The notes: generated from the sequence alone by a model not told the origin. DNA of 64,000 bases from Octopus sinensis (GCF_006345805.1 NC_042998.1:162750001-162814000); one strand, 5' to 3'. Counted from the first letter of the stretch, positions 23,978 to 37,417 are shown. Translations and numbers: made by a program.

Positions 23978-24586
23978 AGAATGTGTGTCCTGTCGTGTGT
24001 GAATTTGTACTTGCAATTAATCACATACTCATGTAGTTTATATGTATGTAAGTTTGTATGTGACAGAAAGCGATGCATATAAACGTATGCATACACCGAC
24101 ACGAAAGCACATGTTCTTATATATATATGTTGATGTGTACGTAAGTGAGTATATATGTGTGTATGTGTGTTTATCAAAAATCAAGGGTTACTAGTTGTTT
24201 TGTAAATCGGCAAAAATTGATTTTACAGATAAAGTATAATTATTTGAAAATTCGTATGCCTTTGGGCGAAGATATTTCTGATGTTTCAGACTTAGACCTT
24301 CTTCGGGGAGAGAGAAAGAGAGAAAAACACTTTTTTAATGCCCTTAGTCCCTGTGAGTATGTTAAATGTAAAGAATTAGTTTGTGCAAATGTTTGTGAGA
24401 AAAATGGCGAGAAATATATACGAAGAGGTTTTAAGAGAGAGTAAGGTGGGAGAGAGGGGATTGAGGTGAGAATTAGAAAGAGAAGGTCAGAATTATTAGC
24501 CAATGTAATGCGAATAGGTGTGTTTTGTTATTAGAGGTCAGTAACATGTAAAGACTTTTCAATAGCTATATACACAATGGTAAAGC

Positions 24587-24797
24587 AGAGAGCTGGCAGA
24601 ATCGTTAGCACGCCGGGCAAAATGCTTAGCAATATTTCGCTCGTCTGTACGTTCTAAGTTCAAATCCCGCCGATCTCAATTTTGCCCTTCATCCTTTCGG
24701 AGTCGATAAAATAAGTACCAGTTGAACGTTGGGGGTCGATGCAATCGATTAACCTCTCGCTCGAAATCGCTGGTCTTGTGCTAAAATTTGAAATCAA
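24587..24797 (+). mobile_element. Meta-like SINE
   Basis: gagctggcagaatcgttagcacgccgggc...ttcatcctttcggagtcgataaaataagtaccag...cttgtgctaaaatttgaaa. Confidence 0.88.
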
Positions 24798-24872
24798 TAT
24801 ACACGATAGTAAAGCAACAAGCTGGCAGAATCGTAAGCATTCCGGAAAAAGTGCTTAACAGCATTTCGTCCG

Positions 24873-25128
24873 TGAAGGCGGCAGCCACCACGGGGTTCCG
24901 GGCACCGTTGGCGGTCGTCGGTGCTGCAGCGCGGCCGAAGCCGGAAACATACACCTGCCGGCTCATACCCTCTAATGTAGTCTGGAGACCCTCGGGGTGC
25001 GACGGTCACCTAGAGCGTGGCTGTTCCGCGTGGCCCGATCCGTAAATTTACGAGACGGACCACGTCACGGTATCGACCGCGAGGATTACGCGATCGTCCC
25101 GGCGACAGCCACCAGGCTGCCGGCTTCA
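24873..25128. other. GC/CpG-rich cassette with 14-bp terminal inverted repeats inside a SINE head
   Basis: tgaaggcggcagcc (24873-24886) versus ggctgccggcttca (25115-25128), 13/14 match. The SINE head at 24820-24872 resumes at ~25139. Confidence 0.6.
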
Positions 25129-25882
25129 GTAACGTCGGCGTTCTGAGTTCATCCCCAATACAGAGAGCCTGACATTGTAGTCTAGGACGGAACAGAGCAA
25201 AACCAAGGCGAAAAAGTAACAGAAAACCCTAAAAAATGCATTCATCGTTATTGATATCACTTAACAAATGTCAACGAAGAGAAAAATATCCTCGAATGAT
25301 TATTTTAAAACTTATATCTAAACTTCTGTTTTGTTGTAGATGCTTCAGTATCGCAGCTGGGAAGGCAGGAGCGAGGTGGGATCGGTCCACCTCAGGTGAC
25401 GCTGTTATGGGGATAGCACTTAAAGTTCTGCTATATATTCCTATATAGGTTGTGTACAGGGGACGGCAAACTGAAGGGGTGCCCCGTTTGGCGCACATTC
25501 TAGCCGTACAACTGAGGTTCCTGTTTCTAATCCACGTCTGGCTATTTATTTTGAATAATGCTCAACACCATTTTATATTTATAGGTTGAATTTGTCAGTT
25601 CCGGTACATATCAAGATACATTTTATCAGGATTGGAATTTTAAAAAAAAGGGAAGACGAACTTGGAAAGAATTTCTGTTGCAATCTGTTGGATTGGAACG
25701 AAATATTACGAATTTCTTGTTTTTGTATTGTTTTGATGGGTTCATCTCACTAGTGAGTCCTATGCCACTAATGTCCAGTCAGAACGTGTGCACTAGGTCA
25801 ATGTCTTTGAAGAGAAAGTAGTAACACATCGTTGTAGTGTTAATAACAGTTTAAGAAAATTGAAATCCGTAAGAGAAAAATG

Positions 25883-26287
25883 TTCTTTTATTCTTTTACT
25901 TGTTTCAGTCAATTGACTGCGGCCATGCTGGGGGACCTCTCTGAGGGGCTTTAGTCGAACAAATCGAACCGACTTAATTCTTAAACCTAGTACTTATTCC
26001 GTCGGTCTCTTTAGCCGAACCGGTAAGTTACGGGGACGTAAACACACCGGTTGTCAAGCGGTGATAGGGAGGGGAACAAGCACGGACACAAGGACTCACA
26101 CACATAGATATATAAATATATACTCGACGGGCTTCTTTCAGTTTCCGTCTACCAAATCTACTCACGAGGCTTTGGTCAACCCGAGGCTATAATAGAAGAC
26201 ACCTGCCCAAGGTGTAACGCAGCAGTGGGACTGAAACCGGTACCGTGTGGTTGGGAAGCAGGCTTCTTACCACATAGACACACCTCC
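25883..26287 (-). mobile_element. CORE-like SINE, full length
   Basis: Matches the family consensus in reverse. Confidence 0.9.
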
Positions 26288-26290
26288 ACC

Positions 26291-26407
<117 letters not shown>

Positions 26408-26779
26408 TGTTTTAAAAATATGTGAAACTTTATGTTCAACGAGCGAATGACTCTACCAAATTGATTCTGCAAGCCCACCACTTTGAAAGAGGAAGAAAAA
26501 AGGAGGAGGAGTGGAGGAGAAAAAAGGAGAGGAAGAGGAAGAAGTTACCAATTTCTACAACAAATAAATATGTATGTGTGCATGTTTGTTTATAAGACTT
26601 CCATTTATACAAAGCATTGTTCTACGTGAAATCTTGGAAGCACGCGCTAGCAGAAAAATAAACAAAATAGCTAAACTTGTGGAATTCAAAATGTCGTCAG
26701 AATAACAATTAAGACGAGGATTTGAAACATACGAGACGAGAGTAGTTATGTATGTAAACATGTCTGTTTGTATGTATGT

Positions 26780-27235
<456 letters not shown>

Positions 27236-27523
27236 AATAAAAGAAGCACAAAAGAAAACGAAAGGAAAGTAAAAAGATGGTAGAATAACTTGTGCAATTA
27301 AATAGAAACAAGTTAAAATAAAAACATTTTTTCGACCAAGCTGTATTTCTTAAATAATGCAGCAGGGCAAAGTGATATAAATACTGAAGCTTATATTGAA
27401 ATATATATGCACACACATGTATACATATACGTACACATACATTCATGAACACATATGCGTTTACATGCCCACATATAGCATACCTGCGCATGTATGTTAA
27501 TGTACATATGCGTATGTAGAAAT

Positions 27524-27624
<101 letters not shown>

Positions 27625-27708
27625 TTAATTAATTAATAATAATAATAGAATGACGATAAAAGAACGAGACTTCGATATCATGAAAATAGAGGAATTTATA
27701 CATATAGA

Positions 27709-27839
27709 ATAGGACAATCAGCATGTTGTCATAATAAAACTCAGAGTTTCAAATGCCGGAGCTACGATGAAAACGCCCCGAAGCTTTTAGCGCCGGCATT
27801 TGAAACTCTAAGTTTTATTATGGCAACTTATTGATTATC

Positions 27840-27843
<4 letters not shown>
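27709..27843. repeat. Foldback hairpin (~50-bp arms) beside (TA)n, with hammerhead remnant
   Basis: ataggacaatc...gtttcaaatgccgg pairs with ccggcatttgaaac...gattatcctat. Confidence 0.85.
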
Positions 27844-27870
<27 letters not shown>

Positions 27871-28685
27871 TCTTTTATCCTTTTATTTATTCCAGCCATT
27901 TGACTGCAGTCATGTTAGAGCACCGTATTTAGTCTTGACTATTGAAAAGGTTGCAAGACGCAACGAAAATTTTAGGAAAATAAAAATAAGAAATGAGTGG
28001 AAATTTTACCGATGAGTGTGTTACATTATAAGGCACAAAAAGAAAATGACTCTCCCTAGACACAACAGAATTTTCTTCAACACACGAACTCATGTAAAGA
28101 ATCTTGCAAACCAAATCCAAAAACGAAATATATATATATATATATATATATATACCAGCATACCCTTGTCGTCAAAAATGTCTATAGTTTTATCGATGAT
28201 AGAAAATGACGCATTAAAACAATGGGTGAAATCATTGATAGCGGTCAATAGTCAAGTAAATATGTCCCACACACGGAGAACTTCAGAAATCATCCAAGAA
28301 CTCCATCTTTGAATATGATCACTTCGACTTCCCAGTGACTATTATGAAGACAAAAATCTACACGCAAATAAATTCGTAGACCAACTTCTCTGATTTCAGC
28401 ATCTCTGTTAGTGATACCTCTCTCAAACCAGCTATTACTTTTCCACTATTGAAATTCGTCTTTTCAATAAAGGTGTTTTCGACAAATACATGGAATCAGG
28501 AGAATGAACCTGTTCAGCATTTGGAAGTTGGCAAAACTGGTCTTTAAAGACGAACGTTTAATCATATCTTCGTGTATTAAGAACACCAAAATTTCCGGCC
28601 ACCTTATTTCGAAGACTAACAGCCGAGTAACTTTTACTATTATTATTATTTTACTATTATTATTATTATTATTATTTTCGATGAT

Positions 28686-29073
28686 ATTGATTTCAAATTT
28701 TGGCACAAGGCCAGCAAATTTGAGGTACGGGCAAGTCGATTGTATTGACCCTATTGCTCAACTACTGCTTATTTTATCGACCCTGAAAGGATAAAAAGCA
28801 AAGTCGACCTCGGTTTCAGAACGTAAAGACGGATGAAATACCTGTTTCTTTACTGCCCACAAGGGACTAAACACAGAGAGGACAAACAAGTACAGACAAA
28901 CGGATTAAATCGATTATATCGACCCCAGTGCGTAACTGGTACTTATTTAATCGACCCCGAAAGGATGAAAGGCAAAGTCGACCTCGGCAGAATTTTAACT
29001 CAGAACGTAGCAGCAGACGAAATACCGCTAAGCATTTCGCCCGGCGTGCTAACGCTTCTGCCAGCTCACCGCC
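28686..29073 (-). mobile_element. Meta-like SINE dimer
   Basis: Minus-strand junction aagaaacagg|tatttc at 28841/28840. The downstream unit has the alternative ggccttgtgccaaaatttg tail. Confidence 0.85.
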
Positions 29074-30669
29074 TTTTTTTTAGAAATGTAGTGTGGGTGT
29101 GAGTCTGATCTTCATCAGTACAATGACAACTCCGTATATGGGCAATTCCCCACACAAGGAGACAATAACCCTAATCATAATCCTAACCCTAACCATAACG
29201 AGTAAAAAAATCTAATTGAAAACAATCAAGAATTTGCAAACGATGTTGTCAGGCTCCTCATATCATTAATAATACCTGACTGGTAATAGTTAAATCATCT
29301 CCCCTTGTATCATCCGAATGTTTATTTATATTCTTGAGTGCTCGTTTTCAGTTTGTTTTATTTTTTAGTATAAAATATTTAAAAATGGATGAATCTTTCT
29401 AATTTTTTGCATACATCATTTATTTTGTATATATATTTCCATTTTCATAACTTTATTTTTAATTGCATTTCATTTTCTTGAAGAGGTGCGTTTCTAAAGG
29501 AGCTCCAAAAATTAACTTTCCATCTTGCAGAGAACTAGAATAAAACTACAGATTGGTAGTGTTATCTTTTGGAAGATCAGCCTGCTTGTCAACAAAAACA
29601 GAATTTATTGTGACTATTAGAATTTGTTGCGTCAGTTACGTTTTGGCATTATTAGTTTAGTCTACAAAATCCTGACAAATAATTACTCAAAAACAATGTA
29701 AACATTATGATGTGCGGTAAGCGGGATTTTTATTCTTATACACAGTACTTTATATTTTCAGTTACATGTACCTGCTTGTGCACTATTAATGAAAATTTCA
29801 ACCACATTATGATCAGTGACTTATAATATGGGCTCCCACAGTTACCTGCAATGCATGTAAAATGTCTAGATTGAATTATCTAAGACATTATGCATGTACT
29901 GCAATGAGCTTCAAGAAACATTATTTAGAACTTTGTGTTCAAATGCAGCACACATTTTTAATACATGATCAATTCCTCATGTCCCTGATTGATTAAAATA
30001 AAAATGTGGAATACTTTTTGGTATCCGAGTTTCAGTGTTGCATGAGTTACACATTTCTTGGTGGAAATGTTCCATCAGTTACTTGTATATGTTGCGTCAG
30101 TTACTTTTTACAAAAAGGCACTACAGCATGTATTAAACCATAGTGTTGGATATGAAAACATAAATAGCGTGCATACAACTTCTAGTTTCATTTGATATAA
30201 AAATTGTTTGCATATGTAAATTTTCTGCACAGGATTTCCAGCATAAGTACCACCAAGTCAGGTATCATGTCTTTTTTTTTTATTTCGTTACGTCAGTTAC
30301 TCAAACATTTATTCTCTCTAAGACACGCGAGTTCAAACTTAGAATTATAATACATATATAACAATATTTATGAACCACAGCAGTTAAAGTATTCATGGGT
30401 CATTACATTTCAATTCGCTTAAGTAAGATGTCAGAAAATTTTTAGTGTTAAAAATTCTTGTAAATGTTACGTCAGTTACGATGGAATTGCACATATATTT
30501 ATTTTTGACAATACTGAATAAGCGTAGGTCAAATTTCTCAAGTGTTCTCCTGAAATGTAAATTTAGGTATTACTGCGAAAATATAAAAAATATAATTAGA
30601 GGTTTTTGCAAATCCATATTGATACTCAGTGTCTTAAAAATCGATTTATTCGCTACATTATTAGACACC

Positions 30670-30885
30670 AAGGCCGCGGGCTGACAAAATTGTTAGCATA
30701 CCGGACAAACTGCTTAGTGACATTTCGTCCATCTTTACGTTTCTTGTTGAAATTCCACCGATGTTGACTTCGCCTTTCATCCTTTTGGGGTCGATAAAAT
30801 AAGTACCAGCTGAGCACTGGTGTCGATGTAATAGGTTTACTCTCACCACCGAAACTGCTATCCTTGTGCCAAAATTTGCAACCAC
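30670..30885 (-). mobile_element. Meta-like SINE, degenerate
   Basis: cgcctttcatccttttggggtcgataaaataagtaccag domain. The B-box-like segment gttgaaattccacc is present. Confidence 0.7.
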
Positions 30886-31149
30886 AAATCCAGTAGTTTT
30901 TCTCTGTGTATATTTTCTAATTTTTTTAATTTAAAAATATCATTTCTAAAGTATTTTGTTACCTTCTTAACTTCGTAAATTAAGTTTGCTTGGTGACTTT
31001 TTAAACTTTCCCCTCGAACTGTGCCAGTAATATTTCTGTTTTACTTACAAAGACAGTAAAATTCACTGGCCTAGATATGAAATGGCATGTAAAAGACATG
31101 TTATGGATATAAACAGAACGCTTCTTTAAATGACTGTTCGAAGAAGACT

Positions 31150-31400
31150 GTCGTAGAGTTACAGAACAACAGTATTAGCTACAGCTGAACCGACAAGGAA
31201 GCCTTCACGTGGCTGCTTGATTTTTACAAAAAAAAAGGCAGTCCAAATCTCCCTCAAATTATTCACAACTGTTCCTGCTACCCGAAGAAAAAGACGTTCA
31301 GTAGCGTAGTCCTAGACATCGTATGTCGGGAAAATATGATAAAATAAAATATAGGATTGTCAAAGCTGAAATGTTTTTTGATTAGAAGTTTGTTCGAAGT
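31150..31400 (+). mobile_element. Old interspersed repeat of unassigned class
   Basis: A motif like ggaagccttcacgtggctgct...gcagccaaatctccctcaa recurs, degenerate, at ~12040-12240, 18195-18290, 41200-41305 and 60560-60620. Confidence 0.45.
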
Positions 31401-31774
31401 CTGGGTAGTGACCAAGGAACTAGATTACAACAACAACAATCGTTGAAGAAAAACCACTCTTTTCTTTTAATCTTTGCAATATCGTATTTTTTTCTGTTTT
31501 ATTTATTGTTTTGGCGTTACCTATGGAAGTCTACCAAAAGTTTCTGACATTATGAAAAAAAAATTATATATTCTTTTAAACGTCATTTATATTCTTTGTT
31601 ACTATGGCTGTTGTTGTTATTGCTCCGTCTTCTTCCTTTTTTATGAAGAAAATTATTTGCCAGACTTACAGCAGATAACCTCCTTTCATTTGGAAATTCA
31701 TCTACGTCTGCAGAAAGACATTTCAGTCGTTGTGATGCTGCTTTGAATGTCTTCCAACAAGAGATATTATATTC

Positions 31775-32435
31775 TAAGAGTTTTCAGTCTCATCATCACC
31801 ACTATCATCATTATCATCTTCATCACCACCACTACCACCACCACCGCCATCAATACCTTCCTTCTCACTTCCAGCACCACTCAAACAAAAAACAGCATTT
31901 CTATCACAGCCATCAACACTAAACACTTCCACGAATACCACCATCGCCATTATACGACATAAACCACCACCAAATACTACAACTTCTACCACCACCACAT
32001 TCCTAAACCAAAACACTTACCATTGCCATACCACTCACAATTTCCACCACTACTGTCATCACCATCACAAGCACCGTCTTCACCACCGCCACCACCATCG
32101 TCACCAACTCTGCCTTCAACATCGCCATCATAACTACCACCCCGCCATCGCCACCACGGTCATCAACCATCACTAAACACTACAACTCGTATCACCACCA
32201 CCGACACCACCACTGGCACAACCAAAACCACCACCACCACCGCCGCTACCGCCACCTACACTGCCACCACCATCAACACCACCTCCACCACCATTCCCCT
32301 CACAATGCCATCGCCAACACTACCACCATCCTTACTACCACTATGTATATCACCACCAACAACAACAGCACCACCACCTGCTATTATATAATCACCGCCA
32401 CCACCACCATGACCATAGCAACAATAACAGCAACA
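31775..32435. repeat. Cryptic (CAC/CAT/ACC)n low-complexity tract
   Basis: Direct inspection. A similar tract lies at 58130-58740. Confidence 0.85.
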
Positions 32436-32599
32436 TGTTTCCCCTCAGTTCCTTGATTTCAGGTTTAACTGTCTTCATATTTTATTTCATTTTCCCGAGC
32501 TTTTAAACAAAAAAAATCGTTTGTTGTTACTGGGGAAAAACAAACAAACTTGTTTTTACTTTATTTCCAAGTCAATTAGACGAAAACATATAAACACTT

Positions 32600-32922
32600 A
32601 CAAATACTCATACACACATACACATCTCTCTCTCTCTCTCTCTCTCCCTCTCTCGGATATGCACATACATACATACATACATACATACATACATACATAC
32701 ATACATACATACATACATACATACATTGCTAAAACAATATGCAATGCCATCCGTAGGAAGGAATGCCCTAGGATAAATATAGAGAATACTTTTTGTTATT
32801 GAATACACAGGTACATACATATATCAATCCATCCATCCATCCAGACATACAAACATACAAGCGTATTGCATATATGCATACTCGCAAAACTTCATATATA
32901 TTCTTACATGCAAACATATACG

Positions 32923-32962
<40 letters not shown>

Positions 32963-33330
32963 AGTGTGTGTGTGTTTGTGTATATGTGTATATATGTATA
33001 TATATATGTGTGTATATATATATATATGTATGCGTATATATATGTATACGTATATATATATATATATATATGCATACATATATATGCATATGTATATATA
33101 TATGTGTGTGTGTATACGTATATATATATATATGTATATGTATATATATATACATGTATATATATATATATGCATATATGTATATGTATATATATATGTA
33201 TATATATGTATATATGTATATATATATATATGTATGTATACATATATATATGTATATATATATATGTGTGTATATGTATATATATATATGTATACGTATG
33301 TATATATATGTATACGTATATTACATATAT
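32600..33330. repeat. Compound (CT)n, (CATA)n, (TA/TG)n tract
   Basis: Direct inspection. Confidence 0.9.
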
Positions 33331-33331
33331 A

Positions 33332-33558
33332 TAAGAGGGATGACCACTAAGTGAACTTCCATTATGCTAGAAGTCGTAAGTTGTTATGTAAGTGGTAACA
33401 ACGAAATCGGGTTTGTGATTAATCTGTATATTTTGTATCTTTTCATTTGTTTTGCTAGTTTACGTTCTGGTATTTGCTAACATTCCTTTCTTAGTGGTAA
33501 GACCATAGGGGGTCGACCTCTGGCATACTAGATGTCCACTTAGAGGTCATCCCACTTA
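33332..33558. mobile_element. 227-bp Tc1/mariner-type MITE
   Basis: 25-bp TIRs taagagggatgaccactaagtgaac and taagtgggatgacctctaagtggac, with TA on both sides. Confidence 0.8.
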
Positions 33559-34936
33559 TATGTATGCAATATAATTTTTCTGAATCTTCAGTTTTTTCTA
33601 TATGCTAGAGCACTGGTTTTAAATTGATATTAATTAAATTAATATTCAATTTTCCACCCTTATTATTTAAATTTTAATAACTATGCTCTCTAACGGATAA
33701 AATTCACTGCCGAATTTTCTGCAGAATTATTTCCGGTATTTTGGCGAATATATATATGTGTATGCGAATATATATGTGTGTATATATAGAGATAGATAGA
33801 TAGTCAGAAACCAATTAGTGGAAGGATTCACTCAATTAAAATTGACAGACGCACATACGCATTATATGGGTAATACATGCACATGTACTTAATAAGGGAT
33901 ACCGTGTTGATTTTGAACGAAGGTTCTTTGCTTTGAGTGTCTTCTCTAACTAATTAAGAATAAAATAATTCTAACCAAACTGATCTTTACTGAAAATCTA
34001 ACCTTCCTGGGTCAAATCACACTATCCGTAAATATTCTGTTGTTATTCGCAAGCGAGCTCTAAAAACATAACTACGCGCGCGCGTACAACACACACACAC
34101 ACACTCACATACACACAGTTACGTTTAGTGGTTAACAGATGTTTCTGCTATAAAAAATAGTACACTCAAAGCTGAGTGCCTGTGCAACATCCTATAGCCT
34201 CCCCGGAGTCACATATATATATGTAGTGGATCATGCAGGCATGAAGCAGATTTCGATTCTAGATAGCTAAATTTAAATTAACACTTCAACAGAACTTTTC
34301 TCACAGCAAAACATACTTTTTCCGTGACAGCAGTTTACATCTGCTAGATGCCCTAGCTAAGCAAAATAATGTCTTTGCCATATGACCCTTCTATTTCACC
34401 AAAAGCTAGAATTAGGATATCACAGACCACCAAGAAAATCCATTGTTCTCAACAATTTATCTATCCTTCTGGATAGTTATAAAAGCAAGAACCCCCAAGC
34501 AAAAGTCAGTTAGTGATAACTCAGTAAGTTAATGAGAACGGAGTCTAGCTGACCGGCTAAACAAAACGCCGTCTCTAAAGACAAGGGCACAACATCGACA
34601 ACCATGGTAACTCACCAACGAAGCAGTTGTTTCGTCCTACACTCTCTTACTCTTACTAGCTCACTTTATTTTCTCTTACAACATCACTCCATCTCTATCT
34701 GTAATTACTATTACACAACGACGAGAACGCAAACACAAACTATACAAGGAAAATATGCATCTATCTTTACTTCGCAAGGTTTGGGATTTTATCACCTGCC
34801 CGTCGAGGCAAGGTATTATATACATTGTAACGGTAAAATAAATATTTTCCTTAAAACTTCATGCATTGTTCATCTTTCACATTTTATAACATGCCGTTGC
34901 AACTGTTAAATTTCAACTGTTATAAAATTAATCTTT

Positions 34937-34974
<38 letters not shown>

Positions 34975-34975
34975 T

Positions 34976-35063
<88 letters not shown>

Positions 35064-36576
35064 GGGACAAGAACGCAAAACATCCAGATAGACGATACAA
35101 AAAACAAGGACGGGTCATTCGAAGCTTTTTATCCTCAGTCAAGAACTGGATCATCCTCGCAATTTCGGCTGATTAATCTTAACTTGTAATGCTCACTTAC
35201 AGTCACAGATGCTCAGGAAATTTGAAATAATGGTTTCTTAAATTGTTTCTTGGCCAAAAGTTTATAAATTTTCTTTTTTATACTCGATTGGTTTTATATT
35301 TATATAAATGTCATTTATTTTGTCAGCTTCTCCATCAGAAATGTAGTGTTTCATTCCGCTTCAGGATTGCTACTCTCTGGAATGACCAAAACTTTTTCTG
35401 CCTGCTGCTTTTTATGCAGTCACCGAATTGTGGCACATCGATATTACAGACATACTGCATCTAAGTGTATAGATACGCGTATGTTTATATGCGTCACTCG
35501 TCCTTTGAATAGTTTGTAAGTAAATGAACGTTAATAAAACTAATCCCACTACAGTTGGGTTTGAAATCCTGAAACAATCTGCTGTGTCTGCCAATCCACC
35601 ACCTTCAGCATTATCAACTTCAAGTCGAATTGACAAGGAAATCTTTTAGTAGATATTCTCCCTACAGGGAAATGGTAGCTGAATTGTAGTCGTAGATATA
35701 CAAAAAGACAGCATGGTCTATATGGCACGCCTTTGGTCATAGATATGCGCGATCATGGCCGATCTGGCGGCACTATACAACTATAACTACCATCCACACA
35801 GCAGTCACAACTTTGGAATAACGATTTATTTTCATACAAAGTGAATGTGTTTGTGATGGATTTGCATAGAAGATCTGAGCCATCTACATGACTTTTATAA
35901 GGTGCTGTATGAAATAACAACTAGGAGCGTCAGGAACAGAAGATGGATTGACTGAAGTAAGGTTGACTTGGGGCTCAAACAACAACAATCACAACAACAA
36001 CAAATAGGTGCTTATTAGCACCATAGAAAGATGAAAGGCAAAGTCGTCTTGAGACGTTATATGAACTCGCAACATGTCGAAAATCAGTGCAAAGACAACA
36101 AATAACCACAATCAGTCGTTTATTCTCTATTCTCGGGTAATGTTTACAATCAATGTCAGAAATAGCAGACTACGTATGTTTGTATGAGAATGTATATTAT
36201 TTACATATACATGAAAAAGAATATACATAATCATTCTACTTGAAAGCATCCAACAAAGAGCATATCCTCAACATATTAAAATTCTATCTTAAAAAATTTC
36301 CTCCTCATAAATTCCAGACAAACCGCCTACTCCCGGATATGTTTCCTCAACAAATATTTCCTTCGCCAAATGGGCTATGGAAACCAAGAATGAAGTGTAT
36401 AATATTCACTTATGCGATGTTATGAAGTTAAACTTGGTTAAACAGGTTTGTATTATCAAGAGCAAAAGCAGGACAACGCCTTATCGGAATAAATCTGTGT
36501 AGATGACTGTATGCCATCGAGTGTGCAGTTAAGCGAAAATTCTTATATACATGTATCTAAATACATACATACAAGC

Positions 36577-36618
<42 letters not shown>

Positions 36619-36660
36619 ATGTGTGTGTATATATATATATATGTATATATGTATATATAT

Positions 36661-36722
<62 letters not shown>

Positions 36723-36825
36723 GTATGTATATCTATTTATGTATATACTCATGTGTATAAATATACATACATACAAACATACATATATACATGCAAGCAT
36801 ACGTATATATATATATATATGTATG

Positions 36826-36900
<75 letters not shown>

Positions 36901-37017
36901 TACATATATATTGAGACATACACACACATATTGACATTGGATCTCGATGTACTATTAGGAATAGTATAGAAATATTGCGTTGAAACTCCCTTTTCAATTG
37001 AAAAAAATCTAAGAGTA

Positions 37018-37018
<1 letters not shown>

Positions 37019-37096
<78 letters not shown>
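37019..37096. repeat. Pure (TG)n
   Basis: Direct inspection. Confidence 0.95.
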
Positions 37097-37097
<1 letters not shown>

Positions 37098-37322
37098 ATG
37101 TGTAGATATATAAAAACCGTAAGGGAAGCAACGACTCAGTAGGCATCAAAGGTTATGAGTTTATGTCTGTTTGAATTCAAGAACGGAATGAAGTGAATCT
37201 CAAATATACTACATAAAAAAAAATATGGAATATTTAGCTCAATTCTCGAGAAATCTAGATGTTTTAATCATTATTCGCACAGTATGCTGCAGTTGCTTCT
37301 TAGCTATAAACACACGCACACG

Positions 37323-37355
<33 letters not shown>

Positions 37356-37373
37356 CACACACACACACACACA

Positions 37374-37417
<44 letters not shown>

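Noticed and set aside
25338-25393. Plus-strand candidate exon (xASVSQLGRQERGGIGPPQ)
   Set aside because: Weak donor, no partner exon, and opposite strand to the better-supported exons.
31775-32435. His/Thr-rich or acidic Gly-rich ORFs here and at 58130-58760
   Set aside because: Cryptic trinucleotide tracts leave several frames open, and no splice frame is supported.
33140-34620. TATA-like boxes (34148, 34478), half RFX site CCATGGTAAC, and minus-strand GTGAGT near 34610 as a promoter or first exon
   Set aside because: Such motifs are expected by chance in AT-rich DNA, and there is no independent support.
35412-35740. Protein-like frames on both strands (VGFEILKQSAVSANPPPS...; RISTKRFPCQFDLK...)
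   Set aside because: Several mutually exclusive readings exist, the implied plus-strand intron would be only 39 nt, and none can be chosen without RNA data.
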